Positions 36,733 through 46,415 of a stretch of 64,000 bases of DNA are shown here, one piece after another. The notes below the pieces were generated by a model that saw nothing but the letters and a program-made list of their open reading frames with translations, was not told where the DNA came from and made no database searches. Each line of letters begins with the position of its first letter. Within the stretch, counting starts at the first letter, position 1. Origin of the DNA: Eubacteriales bacterium (GTDB lineage: Bacteria; Bacillota; Clostridia; Oscillospirales; RGIG5299); the NCBI GenBank assembly GCA_045588575.1, contig JAZNEJ010000012.1, positions 3,168-67,167 on the forward strand, read 5' to 3'. Position numbers and translations under genes: made by a program.

Positions 36733-39438
36733 TTGAAAGATAATAAAGATATTTTTTCAAACGACAGCATGATGGATGACTACATGCAATCTTCCTTCGA
36801 TGATTTTTTCGGCAGCGATGACGGTCTTATTTTAAAGCCGAAAAACGAACCCGACGACCTTTTTAAAGCTATAGACGAGGCTTTTGGCGGAAGCTCCGAG
36901 CCCGAATCGGCGGAAGAAACAAAAGAAACGGCAGAAGAAGTTTTACCAAAAGAAGCCGAGCCTCTTACCTCTTTTAAAGAAGCTGCTTCGGAACCTGAGA
37001 AAGAAATAATTTCCGAGCTTCCCAAGCTTGTTAAGGAAGAAGAGAAAAAAGAAGAAAAGCTTGTTAAAGATGATGCCGCCCAAAGAATTGCGCTTCTTAA
37101 AGAAAAGGCTGAAAAAGAAAAGAAAAACAAGCCCGAATTGGAAAGGGTAATTTTCCCGAATATCGTTTCTACTTTAAACTCCAAAGACGAAAAATCCGAT
37201 AAACCGAAAAAAGCAAAAAAGGGCAAAAAAGCGGCCGTCGAAACAGTTGATTTCGATAACGAGCCAAAAGCTCCTCTTTTTGCTCCGCAGGGAATTACAA
37301 GCACTCTTAAGCAAAACTATATGCCCTACACAATGAGCGTTATTATTTCCCGTGCAATTCCCGAAATAGACGGCTTTAAGCCCTCGCACAGAAAGCTTCT
37401 TTATACAATGTATAAAATGGGATTATTATCGGGCGGGCTTACAAAATCGGCAAATATCGTCGGTACTACCATGCGCCTTAATCCCCACGGCGATGCCGCA
37501 ATTTACGATACTATGGTGCGTCTTGCCAGAGGTAACGAAACCTTGCTTCATCCTTTCGTTGAAAGTAAAGGAAACTTCGGCAAACACTATTCAAGAGATA
37601 TGCAGTGTGCCGCATCACGTTACACCGAAGCAAAGCTTTCTTCGATTTGCGCAGAGCTTTTTAAAAACATCGATAAAAACAACGTAAAATTAGTTGATAA
37701 CTATGACGGCACTTTAAAAGAACCCACCTTGCTTCCCGTTACCTTCCCTAACATTCTCATAACTCCCAGTATAGGTATTGCGGTTGGTATGGCATCTTCA
37801 GTTTGTTCTTTCAATCTTTCGGAGGTTTGCGATACCACAATTGAATATATTAAAAATCCCGATTGCGACATTATGAACACCTTAAAAGCTCCCGATTTTT
37901 CTACCGGCGGCCAGATTATTCTTTCTCACGAAGAAATGAGAAACATTTACAATACCGGTCGAGGCAGCTTTAAAATGAGAGCAAAATACCGTGTGGATGA
38001 CGACGGACGTATTGAAATTTACGAAATCCCCTATTCCACCACCATTGAAGCTATTATAGATAAAATTATTGCTCTCATAAAAGAAGGAAAAATTAAAGAA
38101 ATTTCCGAAATAAGAGATGAAACCGATAAGGAAGGTCTTAGAATTGCAATTGAGTTAAAACGAGGAAACGACCCCGATAAGCTTATGCAAAAGCTCTTTG
38201 CAATTACTCCCTTGCAAGATAGTTTCGGTTGCAACTTTAACATACTTATTAACGGTTCTCCGAGAGTTATGGGTATTAAAGAAATTCTCGATGAATGGCT
38301 TATTTTCAGAATTGAATGCATTAAAAACGAGCTTAATTTCGACCTTCAAAAAATGCGTGAAAAGCTTCATTTGCTTTACGGTCTTAAGAAAATTATTCTC
38401 GATATTGATAAGGCCATTAAAATTGTTCGAGAAACCGAAGAAGACAGTGAGGTTGTTCCTAATCTTATTATCGGTTTCGGAATCGATGAAGCTCAGGCTG
38501 AATTTGTCGCCGATATAAAGCTTAGAAATTTAAACAAGCAATATCTTTTAAATAAGATTTCGGAAGTCGAGGAGCTTGAAAAATCCATTGCCGATACTGA
38601 GTCAACCCTTGCAAGCAAGGCAAAAATAAAGAATATTATTATCAAAGACCTTGAACAAATCAAGAAAAAATACGGTATTCCGAGAAAATCGGATATTATT
38701 TTCAAGGACGATATAGAAACCTATTCCGCCGAAGAAGAAGTGCCCGATTTCAACGTAAATATTTTCTTTACAAAAAGCGGTTATTTCAAAAAAATCACTC
38801 CTCTCTCTCTTAGAATGAACAGCGAACAAAGACTTAAAGAAGATGATGAAATTATATTCTCAAAAGAGGTTTCAAACAAGTGCGACTTGCTTTTCTTTAC
38901 CGATAAATGTCAGGTTTACAAGAGCAAGGTTTCCGATTTCCAAGAGTGCAAGGCTTCTGTTTTAGGTCACTTTATTCCCTCTTCTTTGGGCTTTGAAAAC
39001 AACGAAAACCCCTTATTTATGGCGGTTACAGCCGACTATAAAGGTTTTATACTTGTCACCTTTAAAAACGGTAAGGCGGCTAAAATTTCACTTTCTGCTT
39101 TTGAAACAAAAACAAACAGAAAGAAGCTTATTAACGCTTATTCCGATAAGTCCGAAGCGGTTGCATTTTTCTGCGATTCGGCTGACTTTGACCTCTTACT
39201 CCGTGCTTCAAACGACAGATTCCTTTCGGTAAATACCGCAATGATTTCAGAGAAAACAACAAAAAACACCCAGGGCGTTCAGGTTATCACTTTAAAGGGC
39301 AAAAACACATTATTTTCCGCAAAGCGACTTGAAGCGGATGATTTTGTAAATCCTCACCGATATAAAACAAAAAACATTCCCGCGGCGGGTTCTTTCTTAA
39401 GCGAAGACGATAAAAAGAAAAATCAGCTCACGTTGTAA
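36733..39438 (+). CDS. parC: Type IIA topoisomerase subunit A (ParC/GyrA-like) with a ~185-aa N-terminal extension
   Basis: SRAIP..DGFKPSHR, PHGD, catalytic ASRYTE, GIAVGMA, PDFSTGG; beta-pinwheel-like C-terminus. Confidence 0.8.
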   Translation: MKDNKDIFSNDSMMDDYMQSSFDDFFGSDDGLILKPKNEPDDLFKAIDEAFGGSSEPESAEETKETAEEVLPKEAEPLTSFKEAASEPEKEIISELPKLVKEEEKKEEKLVKDDAAQRIALLKEKAEKEKKNKPELERVIFPNIVSTLNSKDEKSDKPKKAKKGKKAAVETVDFDNEPKAPLFAPQGITSTLKQNYMPYTMSVIISRAIPEIDGFKPSHRKLLYTMYKMGLLSGGLTKSANIVGTTMRLNPHGDAAIYDTMVRLARGNETLLHPFVESKGNFGKHYSRDMQCAASRYTEAKLSSICAELFKNIDKNNVKLVDNYDGTLKEPTLLPVTFPNILITPSIGIAVGMASSVCSFNLSEVCDTTIEYIKNPDCDIMNTLKAPDFSTGGQIILSHEEMRNIYNTGRGSFKMRAKYRVDDDGRIEIYEIPYSTTIEAIIDKIIALIKEGKIKEISEIRDETDKEGLRIAIELKRGNDPDKLMQKLFAITPLQDSFGCNFNILINGSPRVMGIKEILDEWLIFRIECIKNELNFDLQKMREKLHLLYGLKKIILDIDKAIKIVRETEEDSEVVPNLIIGFGIDEAQAEFVADIKLRNLNKQYLLNKISEVEELEKSIADTESTLASKAKIKNIIIKDLEQIKKKYGIPRKSDIIFKDDIETYSAEEEVPDFNVNIFFTKSGYFKKITPLSLRMNSEQRLKEDDEIIFSKEVSNKCDLLFFTDKCQVYKSKVSDFQECKASVLGHFIPSSLGFENNENPLFMAVTADYKGFILVTFKNGKAAKISLSAFETKTNRKKLINAYSDKSEAVAFFCDSADFDLLLRASNDRFLSVNTAMISEKTTKNTQGVQVITLKGKNTLFSAKRLEADDFVNPHRYKTKNIPAAGSFLSEDDKKKNQLTL

Positions 39439-39443
39439 AATTG

Positions 39444-39476
39444 AAAAATAACGGCTTTTGTAGCCGTTATTTTTTT
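39444..39476 (+). terminator. Intrinsic terminator
   Basis: AAAAATAACGGCT-tttgt-AGCCGTTATTTTTTT. Confidence 0.8.
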
Positions 39477-39505
39477 GTTGCATATTATGATTTTGAGGTG
39501 ATTTT

Positions 39506-40792
39506 ATGCTTATTCTCAAGCAAGGAAACACGGGACCTTACGTTGAAATGCTTCAATTAGCCTTAAAACGCGCAGGTTATTTAACGGGCAAAATCGACGG
39601 TATTTTCGGTCCTTTAACAAAATCGGATTTAATAAAATATCAGAAGGATTACGGTCTTTTGTCCGACGGAATTATGGGAGAAAAAACCTTTAATTCAATA
39701 AAGCAATATATAACGGGTTACGGAATATACAGCGCAAAACGCGGAGAGGAAATTTCAAGCATAGCAAAAAAATTCAATTCCACGGAATTTCTTATAAAAA
39801 CGGCAAACCCAACTCTTTCAGGGAATTTAATACCATCCGCTTTGAAAATTGTAATTCCTTACAGGGTAACCGTTGCAACGAGTGATATAAGCTACACGGC
39901 CTTGCTCGTTTCTCTTATTTGCGACGGATTAATTAAAAGATATCCTTTTATTAAAGGTTTTAGTTACGGAAAAAGCGTTTTGGGAAGAAATTTGCAGGGG
40001 TTAAAAATAGGAAACGGAAAAAATCAGCTTATGGCAAATGCAGCTCATCACGCAAACGAGTGGATAACCATTCCCGTTTTACTTAGATTTTGCGAGGATT
40101 ACGCCAAGGCCTATTCTCAAAACACAAAAATCTTAAATTACAATGCAAGAGAGCTTTTCGAGTTAACAAGCTTTACCCTTCTTCCTTTGGTCAATCCGGA
40201 CGGTGTTGATTTAGTTACCGGTGCAATTCCCGATTCAAGTGAAATTTACGAAAAAGCCGAAGCTTTAAACTACACAAATCTTCCTTTCCCTTCCGCTTGG
40301 AAAGCAAATATTGCAGGTACCGACCTTAATTTAAACTATCCTGCAGGATGGGAAAAAGCAAAGGAAATTAAATATTCTCAAGGCTACACCTCTCCTGCAC
40401 CGAGAGATTTTGTAGGATTTTTCCCTCTTTCAGCCCCCGAAAGCCGTGCGGTATATAATTTAACTAAACAAAACGATTATCAAATAACCCTTTCTTATCA
40501 CACTCAAGGGGAAACGATTTATTGGAAATATGCCGATTACCTCCCCGAATATTCGGAAGAAATTGCGGCGTTCTTTTCAAAGGTGAGCGGTTATTTATAT
40601 GAAGTAACACCCGAAGCCTCAGGTTATGCGGGCTATAAAGATTGGTTTATTATGAATTATAATCGACCGGGTTACACCATTGAAGCAGGTCTTGGAATAA
40701 ACCCGTTGCCGCTTTCGCAGTTTGACAAAATATACGAGGCAAATTTGCCTATTTTAGCAGGTGCCGCAGCAATCGTAAGCAAAGGAAGATAA
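39506..40792 (+). CDS. PG-binding/LysM-like M14 gamma-D-glutamyl-meso-DAP peptidase (YqgT-like)
   Basis: PG_binding_1 (DGIFG..T...YQ..GL..DG); HHANEW, VNPDG, DLN.NYP, SAPES, SYHTQG, GYKDWF, YTIE. Confidence 0.85.
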   Translation: MLILKQGNTGPYVEMLQLALKRAGYLTGKIDGIFGPLTKSDLIKYQKDYGLLSDGIMGEKTFNSIKQYITGYGIYSAKRGEEISSIAKKFNSTEFLIKTANPTLSGNLIPSALKIVIPYRVTVATSDISYTALLVSLICDGLIKRYPFIKGFSYGKSVLGRNLQGLKIGNGKNQLMANAAHHANEWITIPVLLRFCEDYAKAYSQNTKILNYNARELFELTSFTLLPLVNPDGVDLVTGAIPDSSEIYEKAEALNYTNLPFPSAWKANIAGTDLNLNYPAGWEKAKEIKYSQGYTSPAPRDFVGFFPLSAPESRAVYNLTKQNDYQITLSYHTQGETIYWKYADYLPEYSEEIAAFFSKVSGYLYEVTPEASGYAGYKDWFIMNYNRPGYTIEAGLGINPLPLSQFDKIYEANLPILAGAAAIVSKGR

Positions 40793-40795
40793 AAA

Positions 40796-40827
40796 AATAC
40801 CCACTCCGAGCAACCGGGGTGGGTATT
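40796..40827. terminator. Bidirectional terminator
   Basis: AATACCCACTCCG-agcaac-CGGGGTGGGTATT. Confidence 0.75.
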
Positions 40828-40830
40828 AAA

Positions 40831-43239
40831 TCAGTCAACGAGAATAATATTAACGTTTGTATAATAATGATGGATTATTTCCTCTGCGGTAAAGCCTGCT
40901 TTTGAACGTCCGAAGGTACCCTCTTGGCTAAGTCCTACGCCGTGGCCCCAGCCCGTTCCTTTAATGATGTATTTGTAACGTTCGGGATTTAAAAACTCTA
41001 TGCCGTTTGAGGTTTTTATTTCGAGCTCGAAAGGATATTCTTCAATGGTTTTTAATCCGTCTGCAGTCAAAACATAGGTTTCGTTTAACTTTCCGCTGTA
41101 TTTTTCGGTAACTGAGCCGCTTACAACGTAAAAATCATCAAATTTATAATGAATATGGAAGTTGGGACTTTTAACAGCCGCAGTTTCAAATCCGGGAATT
41201 CCCATTCCGTTTTTAGACATAAACGACTTTATATTTCCGCCGTATTGAACGTAAACCTTTGTGCCGAACTCGTCTTCAAAAACAAGCTTCATGGGAATAT
41301 CACCCAGCGGCGTTACAACCTCGGCATAGAATTTCACTATTTTGCCGACTTCTTTATCAAGACGTGTGGCATCAGTATATTCTTTTCCCGTTATAAAGCC
41401 TTCTGAAGTATAGTTGCGTAAAAGTCTGAAATAATCGGGCAGATTTTCTTTAAGATAATTTATGTAATCACGCAAATCTGCGGGAGTAAATTCGGTTTCC
41501 CATCTTCCGAAGCGAGCATTATCCAAATCCTCATAGGTATCTTCCACCTGATGCAAATACGAGGTTTGAGTTGTTCCCCAATATTGATAGTTCGAAAGGC
41601 TGAAGCCACCGTTTGAAGCGCTGTAAACGGCCTCTATTAAAGAATCGTTTCCTTTACTGTTTTTATAGGTTATAACCATTCTCGAAGTGGTTTCAACCGC
41701 ATCGGAAACCATTTTTGTTGCGTTTTGTATATTTCCGCCGTAAACCTGACAGTGAGAGCCGTCGCATATATCAAAACCGTGAGCTGAATTTTTGCCGTGT
41801 GAGCTTGAGGTTAATATTTTTCTGAGAACGTAGGTTCTCGCAACGATTGCTTGAGTTCTATATGCTTCATACAAGCTTTGATTTGATGAATTCCCCATTT
41901 CGCGCATTAAAACGCCTTTTATATAGTCGTCTAAATTTACGTTGCTTACGGTTGTTATTGTGTAATCGTTTTCGGGAACTCGGGCAATGTCTATGCTACC
42001 GTAATATGTTCTGCCCATATTTCTGTTCGCAACTGCCGCAGACATAGAATAAACTCTATGATAAAAATTATTACCGACCGAAGCAACGGCACGAAGCCAT
42101 TTTTCAGCACAATCGAATTCAAAATAAATTTCTCCGCTTCTTTCATCCAAAACGGTTATACAGCTTTCGCTTCCGCCAACGGCTTCAAATGCAAGATAAG
42201 GATAAATATATTTTTCTTCCTCTTCCGAAGGATTTTCGTTAGAATCGTTTATTTCAGAGGAATTGTCGCTTTCCAAGAGCTCGGAAGAAGAATTGGAATT
42301 ATCGTTGTTTTCGGGATACGAACTATCGTTTTCCGGAATTGAGGTATTATTTTCGGGTTCTTCGTTTATTTCAGACGAATCGTTTGAATTAACGTCCGAA
42401 GACGTTTCGGAATTAACCTCTGAAGATGTTTCTTCACTTGAATTCAAAGAAGAGTCATTTTCGATTTCTGAGCTTGAATTATCTTCGGGAGGAAGCTCGG
42501 AGCTACTGTTTTCGGGCGTTTCCGAACTATTATCGCTTGGAATATCAGAGCTGTTATCTTCGGGAACGTCGGAGCTGTTGTTTTCTTCCTCGGTTTTGTT
42601 GAGAATTTCAATTGCAGCGTTGTAAACTGCCAAAACCTCAGCCAAATCGTCTTCGGCTTCTTCCAAAGAAAAATAACCACCTATTCTCAAATAATAAGCA
42701 TCTTCAACGTAAGCGGGAAAAACCTTATAACCGCAATCGGTTAAAACTTTTTTAATAGGCTCAAACTCTTCAACCGAGATAAACGGGTTTGAAATTTGAA
42801 TATGGTAATTTCCTGCATAAACAGAATATGAGCCGTGCGAAACGGTGTCGGCCCAGCCGCCGTAATCCGAGCTCCAATTCGAACTGTAATAAAAATTACT
42901 GTCTATTACCGATGTTAGTGCAAATTGCCCGGGAAGTGTTTCGTATATATATTTTTCTTCCTTTGTAACGTTATCATAGACCTTAAAAATAACGTAGCGA
43001 TTATTGGGATGCAATTCATCGGTTTCCTCATAGCCGTCGCCGTAATCACCAACTCTGAAAGAGGAATAATTAACGTCGTTAGGGCCAACCTCAACTCTTA
43101 CGATTTGATTTTCGTTAAACGTTATTCCGCCCTGCACCTTTTGAGAAAAGACAACGGAAAAAACGCCGGTAATTAAGGTTATTGAAATTACCGCGCAAAT
43201 TATTCTTTTTACTGCAAAGTTTTTGTTTGCTTTCGTCAT
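40831..43239 (-). CDS. Secreted SpoIID/LytB-domain lytic transglycosylase with a SPOR-like region and an acidic insert
   Basis: Signal peptide; YIKGVLMREM, QAIVARTY, FDICD.SHCQVY, YSASNGG, GWGHGVGLSQEG, II.HYY. Confidence 0.85.
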   Translation of the reverse strand: MTKANKNFAVKRIICAVISITLITGVFSVVFSQKVQGGITFNENQIVRVEVGPNDVNYSSFRVGDYGDGYEETDELHPNNRYVIFKVYDNVTKEEKYIYETLPGQFALTSVIDSNFYYSSNWSSDYGGWADTVSHGSYSVYAGNYHIQISNPFISVEEFEPIKKVLTDCGYKVFPAYVEDAYYLRIGGYFSLEEAEDDLAEVLAVYNAAIEILNKTEEENNSSDVPEDNSSDIPSDNSSETPENSSSELPPEDNSSSEIENDSSLNSSEETSSEVNSETSSDVNSNDSSEINEEPENNTSIPENDSSYPENNDNSNSSSELLESDNSSEINDSNENPSEEEEKYIYPYLAFEAVGGSESCITVLDERSGEIYFEFDCAEKWLRAVASVGNNFYHRVYSMSAAVANRNMGRTYYGSIDIARVPENDYTITTVSNVNLDDYIKGVLMREMGNSSNQSLYEAYRTQAIVARTYVLRKILTSSSHGKNSAHGFDICDGSHCQVYGGNIQNATKMVSDAVETTSRMVITYKNSKGNDSLIEAVYSASNGGFSLSNYQYWGTTQTSYLHQVEDTYEDLDNARFGRWETEFTPADLRDYINYLKENLPDYFRLLRNYTSEGFITGKEYTDATRLDKEVGKIVKFYAEVVTPLGDIPMKLVFEDEFGTKVYVQYGGNIKSFMSKNGMGIPGFETAAVKSPNFHIHYKFDDFYVVSGSVTEKYSGKLNETYVLTADGLKTIEEYPFELEIKTSNGIEFLNPERYKYIIKGTGWGHGVGLSQEGTFGRSKAGFTAEEIIHHYYTNVNIILVD
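42211..42600 (-). repeat. Ser/Asn/Glu-rich low-complexity coding segment (~130 aa)
   Basis: PEDNSS/PSDNSS/PENSSS/ENDSS/ETSS-like units. Confidence 0.75.
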
Positions 43240-43285
43240 CTTTTAAAATCTTTCTTTTTAATTTTCTTTATTTATATAAAAACAG

Positions 43286-43314
43286 TTGACAATAATCAAT
43301 ATAAGAGATATAAT
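43286..43314 (+). promoter_or_regulatory. SigA promoter of the riboswitch-asd operon
   Basis: Perfect TTGACA-17-TATAAT. Confidence 0.85.
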
Positions 43315-43320
43315 ATTTGC

Positions 43321-43486
43321 GATAGAGGTGCGTTAACGATTATTAACATCCATATTTATGCTCCGGATGCTTATGGTGTGAAAGGCGTTATACGCCGAAG
43401 GAAAACTTTTTTCCGGTAAATGTTTTCCTGGTTGCAAAAGCGAAAGCTCTGCAACTGTCATTTGGTTGTTCAAATGAAGCGCTATC
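43321..43486 (+). ncRNA. Lysine riboswitch (L-box)
   Basis: GATAGAGGTGCG...GAAAGG...GCCGAAG...CTGTC...GAAGCGCTATC; upstream of asd-dapA-dapB. Confidence 0.92.
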
Positions 43487-43529
43487 TTTGATACACGTAT
43501 ATTCTATATTTATATTATACATCAAAGAT

Positions 43530-43554
43530 AGCCGGTTTTTCAACCGGTTTTTTT
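43530..43554 (+). terminator. Riboswitch expression-platform terminator
   Basis: AGCCGGTT-tttc-AACCGGTT plus a T-tract; competes with the antiterminator 43481-92/43521-32. Confidence 0.8.
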
Positions 43555-43622
43555 CATCTTTATCTATCTTTACAAAAAATTTAAAAATTATTATTTTCTT
43601 ACATTAAAAGGGTTGGTGTTTT

Positions 43623-44711
43623 ATGGAAAAATTAAAAGTTGGTATTGTCGGTTGCACCGGCATGGTTGGTCAAAGATTCATTTCTTTGCTTCACAATCAT
43701 CCTTGGTATGATATTACTGTTCTCGCAGCATCTGCACGCTCTGCGGGAAAGTGCTACAAAGACGCTCTTGCAGGAAGATGGGCAATGGATTCGGAATGTC
43801 CCGAAAACATTCTCAAAATGACCGTTTTAGACTGTGATGCCGATTTTGACAAAATAGTTGAAAACGTTGATTTCATTTTCTGCGCGGTAAATATGAAAAA
43901 AGACGAAATTAAAGCGCTCGAAGAAAAATTTGCTCGCGCCGAATGTCCCGTTGTTTCCAACAACAGCGCTCACCGCGGAACTCCCGACGTTCCCATGATT
44001 GTTCCGGAACTTAATGCTGACCACTGCGACGTTATTCCTTTCCAGAGAGAAAGACTCGGAACAAAGAGAGGCTTTATTGCGGTTAAATCCAACTGCTCCC
44101 TTCAGTCCTACGTTCCCGCTTTGTGGCCTTTAGATAAAAAGTTCCACCTTACAAAAGCGCTCGCTTGCACCTATCAGGCTATTTCCGGTGCAGGAAAGAC
44201 CTTTGAAACTTGGCCCGAAATGATTGATAACGTTATTCCTTTCATTGGCGGTGAAGAAGAAAAATCAGAAAAAGAGCCTCTTAAAATTTGGGGCAAGGTT
44301 GAAAACGGCGTTATCGTTTCTGCCGAAAGTCCCGCAATTACAACTCAGTGTATAAGAGTTCCCGTTACAAACGGACATCTTGCCGCTGTTTTTGCATCTT
44401 TTGAAAAAGAAGTCGACATTGAAGACGCTATTGCAACCATTGAAAATTTCAAAGGAGAGCCTCAGCTTTTAAATCTTCCCTCTGCTCCCAAGCAGTTCGT
44501 TCACTATTTCAGAGAAGATAACAGACCTCAAATAAATTCCGAAAGAAATCTCGAAGGCGGAATGGCTGTATCGGTTGGCAGAATGCGTCCCGACTCACAG
44601 TATGACCTCAAATTCGTATGTCTTTCTCACAACACCTTAAGAGGTGCCGCAGGCGGTGCTCTTTTACTTGCCGAGCTTCTTACCTCGAAGGGCTATATCA
44701 CTAAAAAATAA
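43623..44711 (+). CDS. asd: Aspartate-semialdehyde dehydrogenase
   Basis: GCTGMVGQRF, SNC, YQAISGAG, CIRVPV..GH, SHNTLRGAAGG. Confidence 0.95.
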   Translation: MEKLKVGIVGCTGMVGQRFISLLHNHPWYDITVLAASARSAGKCYKDALAGRWAMDSECPENILKMTVLDCDADFDKIVENVDFIFCAVNMKKDEIKALEEKFARAECPVVSNNSAHRGTPDVPMIVPELNADHCDVIPFQRERLGTKRGFIAVKSNCSLQSYVPALWPLDKKFHLTKALACTYQAISGAGKTFETWPEMIDNVIPFIGGEEEKSEKEPLKIWGKVENGVIVSAESPAITTQCIRVPVTNGHLAAVFASFEKEVDIEDAIATIENFKGEPQLLNLPSAPKQFVHYFREDNRPQINSERNLEGGMAVSVGRMRPDSQYDLKFVCLSHNTLRGAAGGALLLAELLTSKGYITKK

Positions 44712-44730
44712 TTGTTAAGGATTTGATATT

Positions 44731-45609
44731 ATGAGTATTTTTACCGGTGCCGGAGTTGCCATTATAACTCCCTTTACAGAAGATAACCGTGTTAATTATG
44801 AAAAGCTTGCCGAGCTTGTTGATATGCAAATTAAAGCAGGAACCGATTCTATTGTAATTTGCGGCACAACGGGCGAAGCTTCAACTCTTACCGACGAAGA
44901 GCATAAGCTTTGCATTGAGTGCGCTTGCAAAGCCGCTGCAGGCCGTGTTCCCGTTATTGCAGGAACAGGAAGCAACGATACCGAGTATGCGGTTTGGCTT
45001 TCAAAAGAAGCCAAGGAAATAGGCGCAGACGCTATTCTTTCTGTTACTCCTTATTACAACAAAGCTTCTCAAACAGGTCTTGCAAAGCATTTTTTGAAAA
45101 TTGCCGACAGCGTTGATATCCCCATGTTCCTTTACAACGTGCCTTCAAGAACGGGCTGTAACATTGCCGTTGATACTTACGTTGAACTTTCGGGCCACAA
45201 AAACATAGTTGCAACGAAAGAAGCATCGGGTAATATTTCTGCTATTGCTCAAATTATTGCAAGATGTCCTAACCTTGACGTTTACTCCGGCAATGACGAC
45301 CAAGTTTTCCCCATTCTTGCACTTGGCGGCAAAGGTGTTATTTCTGTTGCATCTCACATTATCCCAACTCAAATGCACGATATTTGTGCTTTATATTTTA
45401 AAGGTGAGATTGAAAAAGCAAGAGAAATTTATTTCAAATATCTTAAGCTTATGAATGACCTTTTCATAGACGTAAACCCCATTCCCGTAAAATGTGCCAT
45501 GAATTATATGGGCCTTGAAGCAGGTCCGCTCCGTCTTCCCTTGTGCGACCTTTCCGAGAAAAACGAAGAATATCTTAAATCCGTTTTAAAATCTTATTCT
45601 CTTATATGA
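44731..45609 (+). CDS. dapA: 4-hydroxy-tetrahydrodipicolinate synthase
   Basis: GTTGE, TPYYNK, YNVPSRTG, KEASG, NPIPVK. Confidence 0.96.
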   Translation: MSIFTGAGVAIITPFTEDNRVNYEKLAELVDMQIKAGTDSIVICGTTGEASTLTDEEHKLCIECACKAAAGRVPVIAGTGSNDTEYAVWLSKEAKEIGADAILSVTPYYNKASQTGLAKHFLKIADSVDIPMFLYNVPSRTGCNIAVDTYVELSGHKNIVATKEASGNISAIAQIIARCPNLDVYSGNDDQVFPILALGGKGVISVASHIIPTQMHDICALYFKGEIEKAREIYFKYLKLMNDLFIDVNPIPVKCAMNYMGLEAGPLRLPLCDLSEKNEEYLKSVLKSYSLI

Positions 45610-45632
45610 CTCGATTGTGAGGATGTATAAAA

Positions 45633-46397
45633 ATGCTTAAAATTATTGTTTCCGGTTGTTTCGGCTATATGGGCAGAAACGTTCGCGATATAATTGAAAA
45701 CGATAAGGATAAAATAGTTGTTGCAGGGGTTGATATTGCAGAAGGTGTTTCCGATTTCCCTGTTTATAAATCTTTTAAACTTATAGACGGCAAAGCCGAT
45801 GTTATTATAGACTTTTCTCATCCTTCCTGCCTTGAAGGAATGCTCGAATATGCCGTTAAAACAAAAACTCCCGCAGTTGTTGCGACAACGGGCCTTAACA
45901 ACGAGCAAAAAGAGCTTATTAAAAAAGCTTCTGAATCTGTTCCCGTTTTCTTCACTGCAAATATGTCGCTCGGTGTTAACCTGCTTTCAGAGCTTGTGAA
46001 AAAGGCCGCTGCTGTTTTAGGCGGAAAGTTTGACGTTGAAATCGTTGAAAAGCATCACAACAAAAAGCTTGACGCTCCTTCGGGAACGGCTCTTATGCTT
46101 GCCGACGCCGCTTCGGAAACACTTCCCTATTCACCCGATTATATTTATGACAGACACAGTGTAAGAAAGAAAAGAGATGCAAACGAAATCGGCATCCACT
46201 CCGTAAGAGGCGGAACAATCGTCGGTGAGCACGACGTTTTGTTCGCAGGCGAAGACGAAGTTATCACTCTTTCCCACACAGCTTATTCAAAACGTGTTTT
46301 TGCTGCAGGCGCAGTTAATGCCGCCGCTTTTATTGCCGATAAGAAAAACGGTATTTTCACTATGGCGGATTTGCTTAGCGACGTTCTTTCACGCTGA
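45633..46397 (+). CDS. dapB: 4-hydroxy-tetrahydrodipicolinate reductase
   Basis: IDFSHP, ATTG, NMSLG, EKHHNKKLDAPSGTA, RGGTIVGEH. Confidence 0.96.
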   Translation: MLKIIVSGCFGYMGRNVRDIIENDKDKIVVAGVDIAEGVSDFPVYKSFKLIDGKADVIIDFSHPSCLEGMLEYAVKTKTPAVVATTGLNNEQKELIKKASESVPVFFTANMSLGVNLLSELVKKAAAVLGGKFDVEIVEKHHNKKLDAPSGTALMLADAASETLPYSPDYIYDRHSVRKKRDANEIGIHSVRGGTIVGEHDVLFAGEDEVITLSHTAYSKRVFAAGAVNAAAFIADKKNGIFTMADLLSDVLSR

Positions 46398-46415
46398 TTA
46401 AAGAGGTATTTTATT

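Noticed and set aside
36780-37304. 174-aa minus-strand ORF (likewise 42263-42625 on plus and 8277-8495 on minus)
   Set aside because: These are Ser/Phe/Leu-rich antisense shadows of low-complexity coding segments, with no RBS.
34738-39438. Main gyrBA or replication origin
   Set aside because: There is no dnaA/dnaN/recF and no DnaA-box cluster, and the sequences are divergent. The pair is treated as the second type IIA enzyme, and the parE/parC labels are tentative.
42211-42600. Repeats as a CRISPR array or VNTR
   Set aside because: They are degenerate in-frame coding repeats with no constant repeat/spacer period, and there are no cas genes.
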